Of a DNA stretch of 64,000 nucleotides, positions 62,251 through 64,000 are shown piece by piece. Made by a program: the position numbers and the translations under genes. The notes under the pieces are model-generated. The model made no database searches. It was not told the DNA's origin and saw nothing but the letters and a program-made list of their open reading frames with translations. Where the stretch lies: positions 1 through 64,000 of IMG/VR virus record IMGVR_UViG_3300009034_001352; one strand, given 5' to 3'. Numbering within the stretch: position 1 is the first letter of the stretch; each line of letters starts with the position of its first letter. The DNA comes from an uncultured virus (IMG/VR IMGVR_UViG_3300009034_001352). Taxonomy: Duplodnaviria; Heunggongvirae; Uroviricota; Caudoviricetes.

Positions 62251-62775
62251 ATGGAAAAAAGTAGTAAGAAAAGAAAAAATAAAAGTACTTTAAAAGATAA
62301 AAAGAAAAAAATAGGAAGACCTTCAAGATACAATCCAATTTATCATCCAAAAATAGTAGAATTACTTACTCGAATAGGAAAAACAGATAAAGAAGTATCC
62401 AAAGAAATAGGAATAAGTGAAGTTACATTAAATGATTGGAAGAAAAAACATCCAGAGTTTCTTAAGTCGCTAAAAAAAGGTAAGAAATATCCAGATGATA
62501 AAGTAGTCGCATCATTATTTCAAAGAGCAACCGGATATTCTCATCCAGAAGATAAGATTTTTTGCAATGCTCAAGGAAAAGTAACAATAGTAAAAACTAT
62601 AAAACATTATCCTCCAGACACAGGAGCTATTTGTTTTTGGTTAAAAAATAGAAGACCTAAGGAATGGAAAGAAAGACAGGAGCTCGAAGTTAAAGGAGAA
62701 GTAGTTAATATAATTAAAGGTGTTTTTTCTAAAAAAGATAAAAAGATTAAAGGAGAAGATAAAGATAAAGAATGA
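62251..62775 (+). CDS. terS: Terminase small subunit
   Basis: GRPSRY, HTH, W...HPEF, SLFQRATG, PPDT.A..FWLKNR....W. Confidence 0.88.
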   Translation: MEKSSKKRKNKSTLKDKKKKIGRPSRYNPIYHPKIVELLTRIGKTDKEVSKEIGISEVTLNDWKKKHPEFLKSLKKGKKYPDDKVVASLFQRATGYSHPEDKIFCNAQGKVTIVKTIKHYPPDTGAICFWLKNRRPKEWKERQELEVKGEVVNIIKGVFSKKDKKIKGEDKDKE

Positions 62776-63795
62776 TAACAGAACTATAGCAAATACAACA
62801 AAATAAATTTCCAATACTTATTTATAATAAACGAAATGATGAGGAAATTTTTATAGTTTTTTAAAGGGAAGTGATTTGTATAAATTGCAAAAAAACGTAT
62901 ATTGATTTATGGCAATTATAGTTGGCATATGAATAAAATGTGTAAAAAAGAGATAAAAAAATGAAAAGATTATTAGGAATTATTTGTATTGCAAAAACTT
63001 TTTATCATCTTTTTAAAACTCCTTTAGGTTTTGATTCAGAATTGGGGTTATTATATAAGGATGGGCATGATTATGAATTACAAAAAAATAATATTTTAAA
63101 ATGCGTGTTATGCGGAAAAATAAGTAAATGATAAATATGAAGAAAGAAGATTTGAATCCAATTTTTTTTGGAACTTGTAAAAATAAATAAGAGGAAAGAA
63201 ATGAATAGATATGAAGAGTTAATAGAAGCGTTATGTGAATTGGTTCATAATATTTGGGCAAAATGGATGAAAGTTAATTTATTAGCAGAATGTGAGATTT
63301 GGGAAGATGGGAAAAGTTTTGAGCTTATTCATGAAATACCAGAAGAATGTTATGAGAAATGGCAAGAACAAATAATTATGAAATGTAAAGATTTACCTGA
63401 AAGAGAACAGGAAATAATAAGAGAGAATGTTTTTGAGATATTAGAAAAGGTAACAGAAAAATATTATTTACAGGAAAAATAATAAATGGCTGAATTAAAT
63501 GAGTTAAAATTTAAATTTGATACCTCTGAAATTGATAGAATAGTAAGGATAACTTGTCTCAATAAAGAATGTAAACATCATGTAGTAAATGAACAGTATG
63601 GAGTATGTAATTTGAAAGTTGTTAAAATAAATGAGAATGGAACTTATATGGGAGATGATAAGTGATAAATAAACTATTAGGAAGAATAAAAATATTTTTA
63701 AATGAAGAAGAAGTAAAGGATTTCAGATCTGTTAATAAAAAATTAAATATATTTTATAGAAATATTAAATACAAAATATAGGATGCATAGTTCTC

Positions 63796-64000
63796 ATGTC
63801 CAAGAAAAAGAAATCTAAAGGTATAGTACTAACAGATAAACAGGAATTAGGTAGAAGGATATTGATGGAAGATAATAAGTATACTGATATTCTTTTTGAT
63901 GGTGGTTCCAGATCTGGAAAAACACTTATTATTATTATTGTTATTATTATTCTTTGTCAGTTGTTTGTTGGTCTCCGAGCATTAGTGGCAAGAATGAAAT
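63796..64000 (+). CDS. terL: Terminase large subunit, N-terminus (3' truncated; absent from ORF track)
   Basis: MSKKKK...LTDKQ...ILFDGGSRSGKT (Q motif and Walker A). Confidence 0.8.
   Translation, partial: MSKKKKSKGIVLTDKQELGRRILMEDNKYTDILFDGGSRSGKTLIIIIVIIILCQLFVGLRALVARMK

Noticed and set aside
975..63261. Many short minus-strand ORFs opposite rightward genes
   Set aside because: Phe/Leu/Ile-rich antisense shadows of A-rich coding strands, without SDs or motifs
1..64000. Host assignment and lifestyle
   Set aside because: No integrase, repressor or host-diagnostic gene recognised; cannot be supported without searches

Overview
This 64 kb, very AT-rich window is a segment of a tailed dsDNA bacteriophage, most likely with siphovirus morphology (tail tube, tape measure and Dit genes, no sheath seen). 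Layout: (1) 1-15.6 kb, rightward neck/tail/baseplate/fibre and lysis module with embedded enzymes (SPASM fragment, SAM methyltransferase, nucleotidyltransferase-APS kinase fusion). (2) 15.6-20.1 kb, leftward early-type operon of small genes with structured RNAs (hammerhead ribozymes, T-loop elements). (3) A non-coding divergent-promoter region at about 20.1-20.6 kb with a perfect palindrome. (4) 20.6-62 kb, rightward replication/recombination module (split SbcC, HNH-interrupted SbcD, primase, SNF2 and DnaB helicases, UDG-PolA fusion, clamp, clamp loader, SSB, RecA, ThyX-like). (5) Terminase genes at the right edge. Three RNA-protein systems stand out. The first is a TIGR-Tas-like locus: ParB-like gene plus nuclease-less Nop-domain TasA, flanked by two 36-nt-periodic arrays. 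The second is an array-less type IV-B CRISPR-Cas effector operon with cysH and an extra SPOUT-like gene. The third is an array of four covarying hairpins behind a TerD-like gene, whose inner loops resemble tRNA anticodon loops; I cannot assign it to a described system. All calls come from motif recognition by eye; no searches were run.
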